From NCBI RefSeq assembly GCF_018977255.1, contig NW_024704743.1:22198001-22262000 (forward strand): a stretch of 64,000 nt of DNA. Direction: 5' to 3'. The notes beneath the pieces were generated by a model. The model was given only the letters and a program-made list of their open reading frames with translations, did not search any database and had not been told where the DNA came from. This document shows, one piece after another, positions 25,700 to 36,520 of the stretch; the first letter of the stretch is position 1; every line of letters starts with the position of its first letter. The stretch comes from Callorhinchus milii. Its lineage: Eukaryota. The translations under genes and the position numbers were made by a program.

Positions 25700-26486
25700 A
25701 CCTTGGTAGTATTCAGCTTGTGTTCATCATTACCATTTAATATGGGTGTCTTATTTGGTGACCAAGGCGGCCACCAGACTATGCAAGCCAACCTATGGCT
25801 GCCCACAGCAAGCGCAAAGCATCAGTTTGGGATCGCTTCTTACTGTGTAAAGGATGGTAGCGCTCAAGTCAGGGGACTCGTTCATTGGCGAGGTTTTCCT
25901 GTGGTGTAGGGTTTGCACAGAGCATCTTCCCGAGAATGACATGTTCCCTTCTGTGACCCAGCCCACGAGTGGCACTTCCCCATGAATAGAAACTCCCCCA
26001 TCAGTACCATCATCTGATCAATACACCTTTAAGAATGGTACATCCCCTTTCCGTACCAGTTTCCTGTTGACAATGTGACCGAGATCAGAAATACAAAGGC
26101 ACAGATCATTTTGCACTATTCTAGGGAGGACTAACTTGCTGCTGTGTCCCTTTTGGGAAAGTGTATCCATTTGTGCACTTACGTGGTGGTGACTGGCACT
26201 CTTAGCTTTTTATTATACATGACTGCCTCAGGACATCACCACGGTTGATATACAACTCATTTAGTGTGACACAAAAGCTAATGGATGTTCCTCAGGCACA
26301 TTGTCTGCATCTTCAATGCATTTTTATCTGTTTTGTCTCTGTACAGGGCCTCTTTTGATCAATGGACATGAAGGAGATGGTACGAACAACAGAGAATTTA
26401 ATAACAATTCCGGACATTTGCAGCTGTTTATTCATTCCATAACTTTATTTTCCATCAAGCTTTTTTCGGAGATGGCATTGTATTAA
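25700..26486 (+). pseudogene. Decayed ART remnant M: catalytic exon (about 25700-26165) plus terminal GPI-signal-like exon (26347-26486)
   Basis: PFNMGVLFGDQGG (PLDMA.NSFDDQY.G), HQFGIASY, VV*G (VYRG), TSGTS, SIHL*EWYIPFPYQFPVDNVT with EWYIP..NVT at 26033-26080 (E.EVLIPP.E.F.V.NVT), KAQIILH. Then a strong acceptor tgttttgtctctgtacag and ...NNSGHLQLFIHSITLFSIKLFSEMALY*. Confidence 0.7.
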
Positions 26487-29400
26487 AACTATATACTTTA
26501 GAGGCAAAATACTGGCTACAGCACATTGGGGGAGAAGGGGATGAAAAGAATATGGTGAAAAGAACACTTCACGGAATATACTGTAAAGTGAATTGACTGT
26601 ATATTTTGTGGGCGAAGTGCGTACAGCAGTATCACACAAACAGTCGTGGATTGAGTGACCAAATTTTTTTTTGAGGCGATTATTACCCCCTGGAAAAGTG
26701 ATCCACCAATCAACTAACAACTGGGTTCCTACTTACTGCTAGGTAAACAGAGGCGTGTGGAGTAAGGAAACTTGCCTAAAGTTTGTTCTGCCCTGGAATC
26801 GAACCCGGCTCCTCTCGCTTGCGAGGCAAGTGCTCTAACCAATACGCTACAGGACTGGCATTCCCAGCAGTTATCCCATGGGTTTCCTGTGTTTAATTGT
26901 ACGAAACAATTGCTGGGAAAACTGGAGGTACAATCTCCACCGTCAACTCTCTTAAGTCGAGGTCTAAGAGCAGGGAGCCTCACCTAATACCTTATACTAC
27001 TAGAGATTCCCTGATTGCATCCGCAAGGAGGGATGAAGGCTCGGAATCGAAGCGATCCTTTGAACAGTGATCTTTGCTGCACTTTAAACTTTCATTCAAC
27101 AGGAAATCAGGATTGACTGAACACGACTGGAGTATGATACTTTCTTCAGTATGAAGAAAGCAACATCACCTTTGCTTACAAAATACACAGTCACTAGACT
27201 TTACGTTACATCCTTTTAAGCATTTTGCAAGACATCTCGCCGATGTGAGGGTGCTATACTAAATGTAAGGATTATTATTAATAGTAATAATTACAATAAT
27301 CTATTTTATACTGTCCCTTTTCCTCACAAGTGCCTCATTGGAATTTTAGCGGAGAGGAGATAGGATACATGTTTTCTGGTCAGCACCACAGCTACTTCAA
27401 GGTTTACAAATGCAGGCTGTGGTAACTTGCTCTCCACTCCACCCCACTGCAGACATTTCATTTACTTTCTCCCAATAAAAGTCAATTAATTTCCAATCAG
27501 GAAATAAAATGACTGAAAGTTCATGGGGAAAAGAGTGCAGAAATGACAAAGAGGGAAACATGACTGTGGAAAAAAGGCTGTGCTCTTAACCAAAACAAAA
27601 GGAACCAAAATAAGCTGTGTGAATGTCGTGCTGCCTCTCTTAGCCACAATTCAGCTAATCCATTTTCAGCCCCAACAGGTGCTCGATCCACCTTGAATCT
27701 CAAAAGGCCAAACAATACATCGACGACCACAAGCAATCTATTCTGACCGATTATACTTGGGTTTCAGAACAGGCATCTGAGAGACTGAATTGATTTAAGC
27801 AAGTGATGATGCAGTACAACTGGTGAAAGGCATCATGCTTGTACAAGGCACACAAGAATATTTCAGAGTATGCACATGCTTCAGTGATACTGTGCAGATA
27901 CAACAACAACAAACTACGTTCCATAGCGCCTCTCACGACTATTTGTGGGACACTGCTGTGCGCAATTGGCTGCCGCGTTTTGCCCACAAAAACACAGTCA
28001 ATTCACTTTATGGTATATTCTGTGAAGCGCTTTGAGTCGTTTCATATACGTGATAAGGCGATATATCAAACGCAAGGATTATTATTATTTTTACTCATCG
28101 GGAGGACGTCCCAAGGCGCTGGCCCATCAAGGATTTACACCCGAGCTGGGAGTTGGGATCAAGGATGGAGGGCAGGGAGGGTGGGGTTAGGAGGGTGACT
28201 GAAGGCATGAGCCAATATCCCAGTGAGTGTGCGCAGATACCCCAGTGAGTGTGTGCAGATTTTCACCCTCTTAAATAGTGGAACTCTCAGTCTGAAGAGG
28301 TGGTTGAATCAGATAGTATAGCTGCATTTAAGTGGAAGCTAAATATACACTTGAGGGAGGAAGGAATAGAAGGGTACATGAGGGAGTCAGGAATGGGTGG
28401 AGACTCATGTGGATATAAATGGATGCAGCATAAACTCCATGGACTGGATGGGCCGAATGGCCTGTTTCTGTGCTGTATACATATTTTACATAAGTTAATA
28501 TGATTTTTTTGCAATTTCCTTTTATTTTCCTTTAACTTTAAATGTCAGCACAATGCATTGGCCCAAGTCGGTAGCTGTAAACCTGGAATCAAATTAAATC
28601 GCGCTCCATTCACTCTCCAAATAAGCCGATTCAGGGATGAGACGCTGGGTTTTATTCAGGGTTTTATTCCCATGAGCAAGTCACCTCTGCTGAGAGATGA
28701 GGAGAGGTGAATGTACGTGTTTTCTGCACTCACAGCAATCTCCGTGGAGAAATTCCAATGTAAATCTAAATAACGTTCTCAGATGCAGAGCCCACTCAGC
28801 AGAATCTTCATTTAAATGCCAAAATCTCATTACAGGGTGGTATTGAACCTGCTGCATAAATTGAGCCGACTTCATAAAGCTTCGTTGAGCTATCAACCGA
28901 ACAAAACAGTCTGAGCCATTCCATTTTTAGACCGTGGAGAGAGCACCAAGGAAATCATCCTGACTGCAAACTGGTTCTATTTCTGTTAATAAACAAGAGA
29001 AGGAAGGCCTTTAAAGTCCACCTCGAGATCTACCTTTGCCACCCCCCATGGCTCCCACCCCCAGCTTGGGGGTCTAGCCAGCAGTGTTAGGCACTTTGAA
29101 GTGTACTCTTGAGGTGAAAGGCGCTGTTTCCATGCTGTATATTCTACGTAAATCTATGCAATTTTTTGCAATTTCTTTACACTATCCCTTAAATGTCAGC
29201 GCAATGTATCCGGCCCCAGTTGGCAGACGTAAACCTGGCATTGCGCTGTATAAATGTAAATTGTATTGATTTACAAGGAAGATATTGACGGTATGGCACC
29301 TTGAAACCTTTTACCATCAGGAGCTGGATTGGAATCAATCCCTCACCCATTGGATAAAAATCTCCCTTCTTTCTGATGTCTGCAACCAGGTGGATTCAGT

Positions 29401-29959
29401 CTGATTGAAAGCCTATCTGCTGCACTAAACTGCACACGTGGAATCCCATAGCGTAGTGTTGGAGCACTCGCCTCGTACATGAAAGGACCCAGGTTTGAAT
29501 CCCGGCAGGGTAAAACCTTGGTCAAGTTTCATTCTTTCACAACGCTCTGTTTACCTAGCAGTAAGGAGCAATCCGGTTGTATGTCGATTGGCGGATCGGT
29601 TTCTGAGGGTAATAATCCCTTCAAAAATAAATAAATATATTTTTAAAATAGGTCACTCAATCCACAACTGTTTGTGGGATACCGCTGTGCGCAACTGGTT
29701 GCCCCACTTTGGCCACAAAATGCACAGAATTCACTTTACAGTATATTCTGTGAAGCGCTTTAAGACGTCTCAGCCATGTGATAAGGCGCGATATTATTAC
29801 ACGCCAGCCCTGGCGGTGTCAGTCTGCGGGGGTGTGTGTAGCCAATGCTGATCCCAGGCTCTACAATGGCCATAAACAATAACCAACCAACAACAAAAAT
29901 AAGTAGAATTTTAAGGGAATATTCAATGCAAGTGTCTGTTGTTAAGCATCGGAGCACCA

Positions 29960-31196
29960 GAAATTGTACACAAATTTATTAACCTTTCATCAATCGGCTT
30001 TTCTTGACATTTTATATCACCTAATTCGAACGAATGTCTCAAACAGAGGGTCCTGTGTTGTGACTGTTGTTTTACAGTATCTTCCTTTTCTACACACACA
30101 AACGCACACACACACACATACACACACAGGACTTGCGCAAAGTTCGACTGTCGCCTCAGGTGAAGTAAAGATCAATTCACAACTAATGTAATAAATCTTT
30201 TTTATTTAATTGTAAACGGCAAGATTCAGAGGACAATTTAACTCGGATATTTCAATGCTTTAAAAGGAATATCTGCACAACACCACAGACATGTGCATTT
30301 CCTATTAAATACATAATTACTTAAACCAGCCTAAATGGTGAAAGCCTTTTAGCTTTTGTACAAAATATTTCCTTGTAAATTATGCACTAACACTGCAACG
30401 GAGTATTATTGATATAATACTGGCTGTTTGGCAGATTTCACAAAAATCACTACAGCTGATCACATAGCTCCCTCTGCAAAATGCCAAAGCCAGGCTGGCA
30501 GTATGTAGGTGTAGTGTCCATTGGACCGTTCCTCTTTGTTGCAGTATGATACACATAAATGATTTACAACAGTACGATGCCACAGTGTGCGCTGGCTCTA
30601 GAAGGGCAAATGCAGATCTAGAAAAAGCCAATGGTCCAACGACATGAGGGAGGCCCCAGGAAGGACCGCAAGTCAAACTATTAAAAGCAGAACGTAGAAC
30701 AAATTGGTTTCTGGTTTCTTGAATGGAAGCGTGGCGATTTTCATTCATTCTCTCTTAAAGATCTGCCTCATCTTCTCATGTTACAACTTCTTATTCTCTC
30801 CCCCTCCCCCTGCCTTGCTCTCTGCTAACAGCCAGCGTGTGAAAGGAAGGCAGTCTTGTGATATCTTGTTGTGACGGCTGAGCCCGTGCCAGGAATGTGA
30901 GTTTGTGGCCAAGTCAAGTTGAGCCTCGGAATGTGCAAGACTCGGTGTGGCACTGAGTGGAGATGGTCATTGTGGTATTTATCATTGTGTCACCTCACTG
31001 CCTCAAGTGCACCAACAATGACACTGGAACATTGACATCTTTATCAAGTAATGCCCAAGAAATTAGAAAACAATTTGGTCTCGTTGAGGGATTAGTAGAG
31101 GCTAAAGGATAGCAGGAAGGTATATGGGGGTGGGGAGAGGGGTATTAATAGCTCCAGTTACTAACTCATCCAGTTTAACCTCACAAGCTGCGGGGG
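29960..31196 (-). other. ELMO1: ELMO1 3'UTR with candidate polyA signals (AATAAA at 30201-30206 and 29975-29980)
   Basis: About 1.2 kb free of transposable elements after the stop codon, with two minus-strand AATAAA hexamers and nearby TGTA motifs. Confidence 0.6.
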
Positions 31197-31397
31197 TCAG
31201 TTACAGTCGTAAACAAAGTCGTAGTTGCTGGGTTCCTTGGGGATGGGAGGCGGCGCTTCCGGGATCTGAATATTCTCCAAGTCCAGCAGCCGAAGTTTCA
31301 TCTCCATGCTGAGGAGTGTGTCCAGGTCATTCTTGGTCAGCTCGCTCATCATCTCCTTCCCGAGCAGAGCGTTCAGTCCGTCCGTCCACACGCAGTA
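31197..31397 (-). CDS. ELMO1: ELMO1 last coding exon ([14 protein letters not shown]...[21 protein letters not shown])
   Basis: Acceptor is tttccag|TAC and the TGA stop is at 31197-31199. The Pro-rich motif and the YDCN terminus are typical of ELMO1 rather than ELMO2. Confidence 0.97.
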   Translation of the reverse strand, partial: YCVWTDGLNALLGKEMMSELTKNDLDTLLSMEMKLRLLDLENIQIPEAPPPIPKEPSNYDFVYDCN

Positions 31398-33941
31398 CTG
31401 GAAAGCAAATAGGCAAAACAGGTCAAGGGGGTGGGGGGGGGGGGCGACGGCTCAGTGTTAGTGTGACTCTGTCATTCTGCTCAACTCTGGTATGTGGTGT
31501 CATTCTGGTATGTGGCGTCCTGCACCTCAGCGGTTACAGCACTCGCCTCGCAAGTGAGAGACCTGGGTTTGATTCCTGGCAGGGTGAAACCTTGGACAAG
31601 TTTCCCTACTCCACACGCCTGGCAATAATCCCTCAAGAAAAAAATTCTGTGAAGCACTTTGAGACGTCTAGAAGATGTGAAAAGCACTATATCAAATGCA
31701 AGGATTATTATTATTATTATAACTCTCACAACTTAGGACACACTGACCGACAGAGGTTTTCTTCAGCAGGAGAGCTGATAAGACAAGGTATGCACCAACC
31801 CCTGAAGCAACAGCTAGATCCTCTGCTATTTGGACAGAAAATCACTAAACAAAGTTGTAAAAGGTTAAAAGTGTTCACCCAATCTAGGCTGGAGGGGGAA
31901 AGCACTCTCGGTGCAAATCTAGGTAATGGAACAGGAGTCTGAAATTTCCCCTGGTTCCAGACTTAGACATTTTAGAGCCACAGGGATATTGACAAATCTT
32001 TGGCAAACTCATTCTTAATCCAGTTTTCAAAAAAAACGTAATATAGAAAAAACTTGCTCCCACATTAAGAGAACAGCCCAAGTACAGAGCCAGGTGGAAT
32101 TTCTGGCTTTGGGTCACCCACCAGCTTAGATCTCAGCTTAGATCTCAGTTTGGGAACCTGTTGTGTAGACAACCACTCCCATGTCCTTCCTTTTGCTGTT
32201 CCCTGTTGCTGCTGTTCCCTGCTCACAGCGGGTGAAGAACTAAACTATGTATTTTACATTCTATTCAATACAAGATGCACTTTTGTTTTATGGCAAATCC
32301 ATTTAGTTTTTTTTATTTTCAAGTGTTGATGTCCGTTCACTCAATGATCCAGGACAATACAGAACAGGAAGCTACAGATTCAAATGAGCTTGGATTCTTT
32401 ATTAAGGAATATCTCAAATTAGATTGTTCTAATACAAATACAGAGCTCGGCAGTTATATCCTTAGAGGACTGAACTTTCAGTCCAGCTTTAAATATACTC
32501 AAAGCCCTTTCTAACCATGCTAGAGCTGGAAGCTTGATTTTTGGACAACCAGGTGTCCGATCCAAGTTGAAACCCATCAACATGCTTAAGAGTGTCCAAA
32601 CCAGACAAAGTTCTACATGCACCGCCTACACATGGAAATTCCTGGGTTGAAACTCAGAAGTGATGCACAGGTGGCAGCTCGGGAAGAAACCTTGGATATA
32701 ACATACATTTGCAGCATTACTCTTCTGAACTTTACAAAAAAATTCAGATGGTCCCAAAAGCCTCCAAAGGCTAAACGATGAATCTCGGAGCTGAGTGCCC
32801 CTGCTGGGTTAGTGTGGAATCTGTTCTGCAGTGACAGACTTTGGTGCTTCAGCTCCACTGGAGCATCTGACAGAGCAAACATGACAGGCTCAGGACTCCG
32901 ACCATCCTTAAACTTACTGTCACATCTTGGATGAGCTCAGCTGTGTGAGGTTTGAGCTGTTGACTACTATTCCCACCTGTGACTTCAACCCCAGGCATAG
33001 AATCCAGTGCATGAGGTGGGGACTTATCTCAAGAGAGATTTTGTCCCTGAGGAAGTGTCACTCGCCAAATCTTCACAGCTGGCCACAGTCCCAAGCTGAG
33101 ACTTGCTCCCCGGCCGCTCGCAGGAACACTAATAGTCTGGACTATGAAGTAAATGGTTCATGGGTTGTGCCTCTGGTGAGCTCCCAAATTGAATCATTCT
33201 GTGTGGGAAGGTGCTACATAGAACTCTGGCATTCGCCGCAGAAAAGGGGGAAAGAAAGACTGCAGGTGTAAATATAAGTCCATCAAAGGTCAAAAGTTCC
33301 TATAATAATAATAATAATCCTTGCATTTGATATAGTGCCTTATCATGTCTTTGAGATGTCTCAAAGCGCTTCACAGAATACACTGTAAAGTAAATTGACT
33401 GTATATTTTGTGGGCGAAACACAGCAGACAATTGCCCACAGCAGTGCCCCACAAACAGTCGTCGATTGAGTGACCAAATTATTATTTTTTTTAAAGTAAG
33501 TATTACTTTCAGAAAAGCGATCCGCTAATCGACTAACAACTGGGTTGCTACTTACTGCTAGATAAACAGAGGCGTGTGGAGTAAGGAAACTTGCCCAACG
33601 TTTCGCCCTAATGGGAATCGAACCCAGGTCTCAGTGCTTCATTCGCCGGCTCCATCAAAAAAATGGAGACATTGTCTTGCTTATTGGCTATGAGGATTTC
33701 CATCTCAATCCTCAGGTCCTTGTTGACCAACACCATTGATGGCTGACGTCATGTTGCACACAGAACAACCCAAGCTCTCAGGAATAGTCTGACCAAACAC
33801 ACAGACTGTGAGCACCAAGCTTTACTTACACCAATGAGCAATACAGGACAACCACTATTTAATACAGTGTGTCTTTACTGGTTCCCCATGTTTAAATAAT
33901 GGAGAAAACGTGTTGCACTGAAACGTTTTCATCAATCAGAG

Positions 33942-34260
33942 TGTCCTGTAGCTCAGTGGTTAGAGCACTCGCTTTGCAAGTGAGAGACCTGAGTTCAATT
34001 CGAGGCAGAGCGAAACCTTGGGCAAGTTTCCTTACTCCACACAGAGCCTAATAATAATCCCTCCAAAAACAAAACAATAATAAATTGGTCATTTTTAATC
34101 CATGACTGTTTGTGGGACACTGCTGTGCGCAATTGGCTGCCGCGTTCGCCCACAAATATACAGTCAATTCACTTTACAGTATATTCTGTGAAGCGCTTTG
34201 GGACGTCTAGAAGACGTGAAAAGCGCTATATCAAATGCAAGGATTATTATTACTATTATT
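33942..34260 (+). mobile_element. Full-length tRNA-derived SINE, short subfamily (similar copies at 11125-11452 -, 23642-23965 +, 24880-25180 -, 60250-60575 +)
   Basis: tRNA-like head with A box TAGCTCAGTGG and B box GTTCAATTC. Body tgtgggacactgctgtgcgcaattggctgcc, an L2-like 3' tail and (ATT)n. More than 30 full or partial copies in the window. Confidence 0.93.
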
Positions 34261-35006
34261 GGCCGTTTATAAATTTCTAATGGTCGGGAAGGATCTTTCA
34301 GTTAAAGAGAAACAATCAGAGGTCTGAAATTCTAGCCAGTCTTAACCTGCAAGGCACTGTTATACCTAAAATGTAATATCAGGTAGAACTGTGGAAAATC
34401 CTCGATTATTTTTTAAGACCTGTGGAAAACTGACATCCAGATCACCCTGGGATTGAATGGACCCTGTGGAATCTGACTGTAGGGATCGAAAGCATTGACG
34501 TCTGGTTAATGAGCTAGATTAGCCATGTCAGGACGGGTCCAGAACTAATGGTTAGGGAGGGTCTTTGCTGGACGAGCAGAGAGCTCTGCACTTATATGTA
34601 GCTGATCTCCACTGTGATCCCTGGCAGTTAGAGCTCGACAATTGGTGTTGTGGAAAGAAACAAATTAGCCAGCATAGCAGTTACTGATCACTCTCTGGAG
34701 ACTCCTGCTGAAAAGTGAGTATGTTGTGTTAAAGATAGTTCCGCAAACCATTTATTTCACAGACCAGAACATTGGAGTGTTCCTCCTCTGCTGTGACATT
34801 CTCCACGGCCAAGTAACCTGTCCACACCAAGCACCGACCGCTTAGGCAAGGTAGTGGAGGCCGCTGGCACCGTGCAAACAGATGCCGGCACGATTCAGTA
34901 ACTTCAAGAAAGAAGTGGGGAATGGAGGGGGTGGATGGGAGGGTAAGGGGTTCATTTAGACAAACAGATTTAGTTTTAGCAATAGGAGTGGAGGAATGAC
35001 ACTTAC

Positions 35007-35084
35007 CTCGTGCTTTCCAGGAGCAATGAAATTCAAAGAGTCGTCGGGGTCATATAGGATGGAGAAGGCGTGTTCCAACAACTC
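35007..35084 (-). CDS. ELMO1: ELMO1 coding exon ([26 protein letters not shown]), 78 nt
   Basis: Lies inside ORF 34956..35159. Acceptor is ctccag|GAG and donor is GAG|gtaagt. Confidence 0.95.
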
Positions 35085-35671
35085 CTGGAGACACAGAGAA
35101 AGATAATAGCAATGTAATAGTAATCCTTGCATTTGATATAGTGCCTTATCGCATCCCACAAACAGCCATGGACTGAATGGCCAAATTATTATTATTTTAT
35201 TTATTTATTTATTTATTTATTGAAGGGATTATTGCCTAACATTTCGCCCTGCCCGGAATTGAATCCAGGACCTCTCACTTGTGCTCGAACCAATACACTA
35301 CAGGATTTCATAAGATTCAATGAGACAAAAGCAGCTACTGCAAGGGATCAGTCACCCACTCATACTGTGTGGACCCACCCACCCACTCACTCCGCCAACA
35401 TTATATCTGAGACACAAGAACTGTTAACTACTGTTATGAGCAGCAAATTCAATGTAAACAATTCTTACAATAAAAGCAGGCAAGTGGAGTCAATGAAGAA
35501 AACATTAACGTTGATATTTAAAAAAACACAGACGCATCTAACTACCACTTAGCATTTTAAAGACACTTGATATGAGGTCTAAAGCCCAAATCACATTCTG
35601 CATTACCCATAAAGGCTTCCTTTGTCACAAATATATTATTATTTGAATGGGTTTGGGCCTGGTTCTCTCCA

Positions 35672-35698
35672 GTGTGTGTGTGTGTGTGTGTGTGTGTG
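35672..35698. repeat. (GT)n microsatellite; (CA)n tracts also at about 30093-30128, 59822-59857 and a CA-rich tract at 6743-6847
   Basis: Read directly from the sequence. Confidence 0.9.
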
Positions 35699-35899
35699 CT
35701 AGAGTCCAAGCAGAAAATCCCAAGAGATTTGAATGAGGAAGGTCCTTTGGCCTATCAAATCTCATCCTTCCAGAATACCCACCTCGTACTGTACTAAATA
35801 TCCCTAAGCTGCTTTTGCAATGCATCTAATCACCTGCTTCAGCTACCATTCCTGCTAACTCTCTTCTCGTCATTAATTACCCTCTGGGTAAAGAAATCC

Positions 35900-36340
35900 T
35901 TATAATAATAATCCTTACATTTGATATAGCATCGTATTACGTTATCGAGATATCTCAAAGTGCTTCTCAGCATATACTGTAAAGTGGGTTGACTATGTAT
36001 ACTGTGGGCAAACACGGCAGCCAATTCGTACACAACAATGTCCCACAACCAATTACAGAGTGAATGACCAATTTTATTTGGGGGATTTGTTTACCAGGAC
36101 ACCAGAAGAAACTCCCTTCTCTTTTCGAATAGTATCACGGGACCTTCAACATCCACCTGAACAGGCAGACGGAACCTCTAAAGTCTAACATCTCATCCGA
36201 AGGATGACAACTCTGATAATGAAACACACCCCCAGCATTGCAATGGAGTGTCAGCATAAACTAAATGAGTTCCAAGTTGTGACACAGGGTTTGAACCTTC
36301 TGACTCAGAAGCAAGAGCGTTACCAACTGAGCCAGGCTGA
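35900..36340 (-). mobile_element. Older Deu-domain SINE (SacSINE1/AmnSINE1-like); related copies at about 14870-15195 +, 18636-18985 +, 25330-25700 -, 63733-63890 +
   Basis: Head tcagcctggctcagttgg, central gatgagatgtta...ggtcccgtg...ggtgtcctgg Deu-like domain, and the shared 3' tail. Confidence 0.75.
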
Positions 36341-36520
36341 CCAACTGAGCCAGGCTGACCAACTGAGCCAGGCTGACCAACTGAGCCAGGCTGACCAACT
36401 GAGCCAGGCTGACCAACTGAGCCAGGCTGACCAACTGAGCCAGGCTGACCAACTGAGCCAGGCTGACCAACTGAGCCAGGCTGACCAACTGAGCCAGGCT
36501 GACCAACTGTGCCAGATGGA
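36323..36520. repeat. Minisatellite: 10 perfect + 1 degenerate copies of 18-bp CCAACTGAGCCAGGCTGA
   Basis: Counted directly from the sequence. It explains the repetitive ORFs at 36204-36692. Confidence 0.98.

Noticed and set aside
25733..25777. PFN....FGDQGGH matches the C-terminus of AOAH (PFNPQIKQVFGDQGGH), the expected syntenic neighbour
   Set aside because: It is on the wrong strand and at the wrong end for conserved synteny, and it has no stop codon. The same residues fit the ART N-terminal motif PLDMA.NSFDDQY.G, with further ART motifs following in order, so it is most likely coincidence.
33942..34015. tRNA-Ala-like sequences (also 23642, 60250, 54888 and others)
   Set aside because: These are SINE heads. 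They lack a proper acceptor stem and continue into the SINE body and tail.
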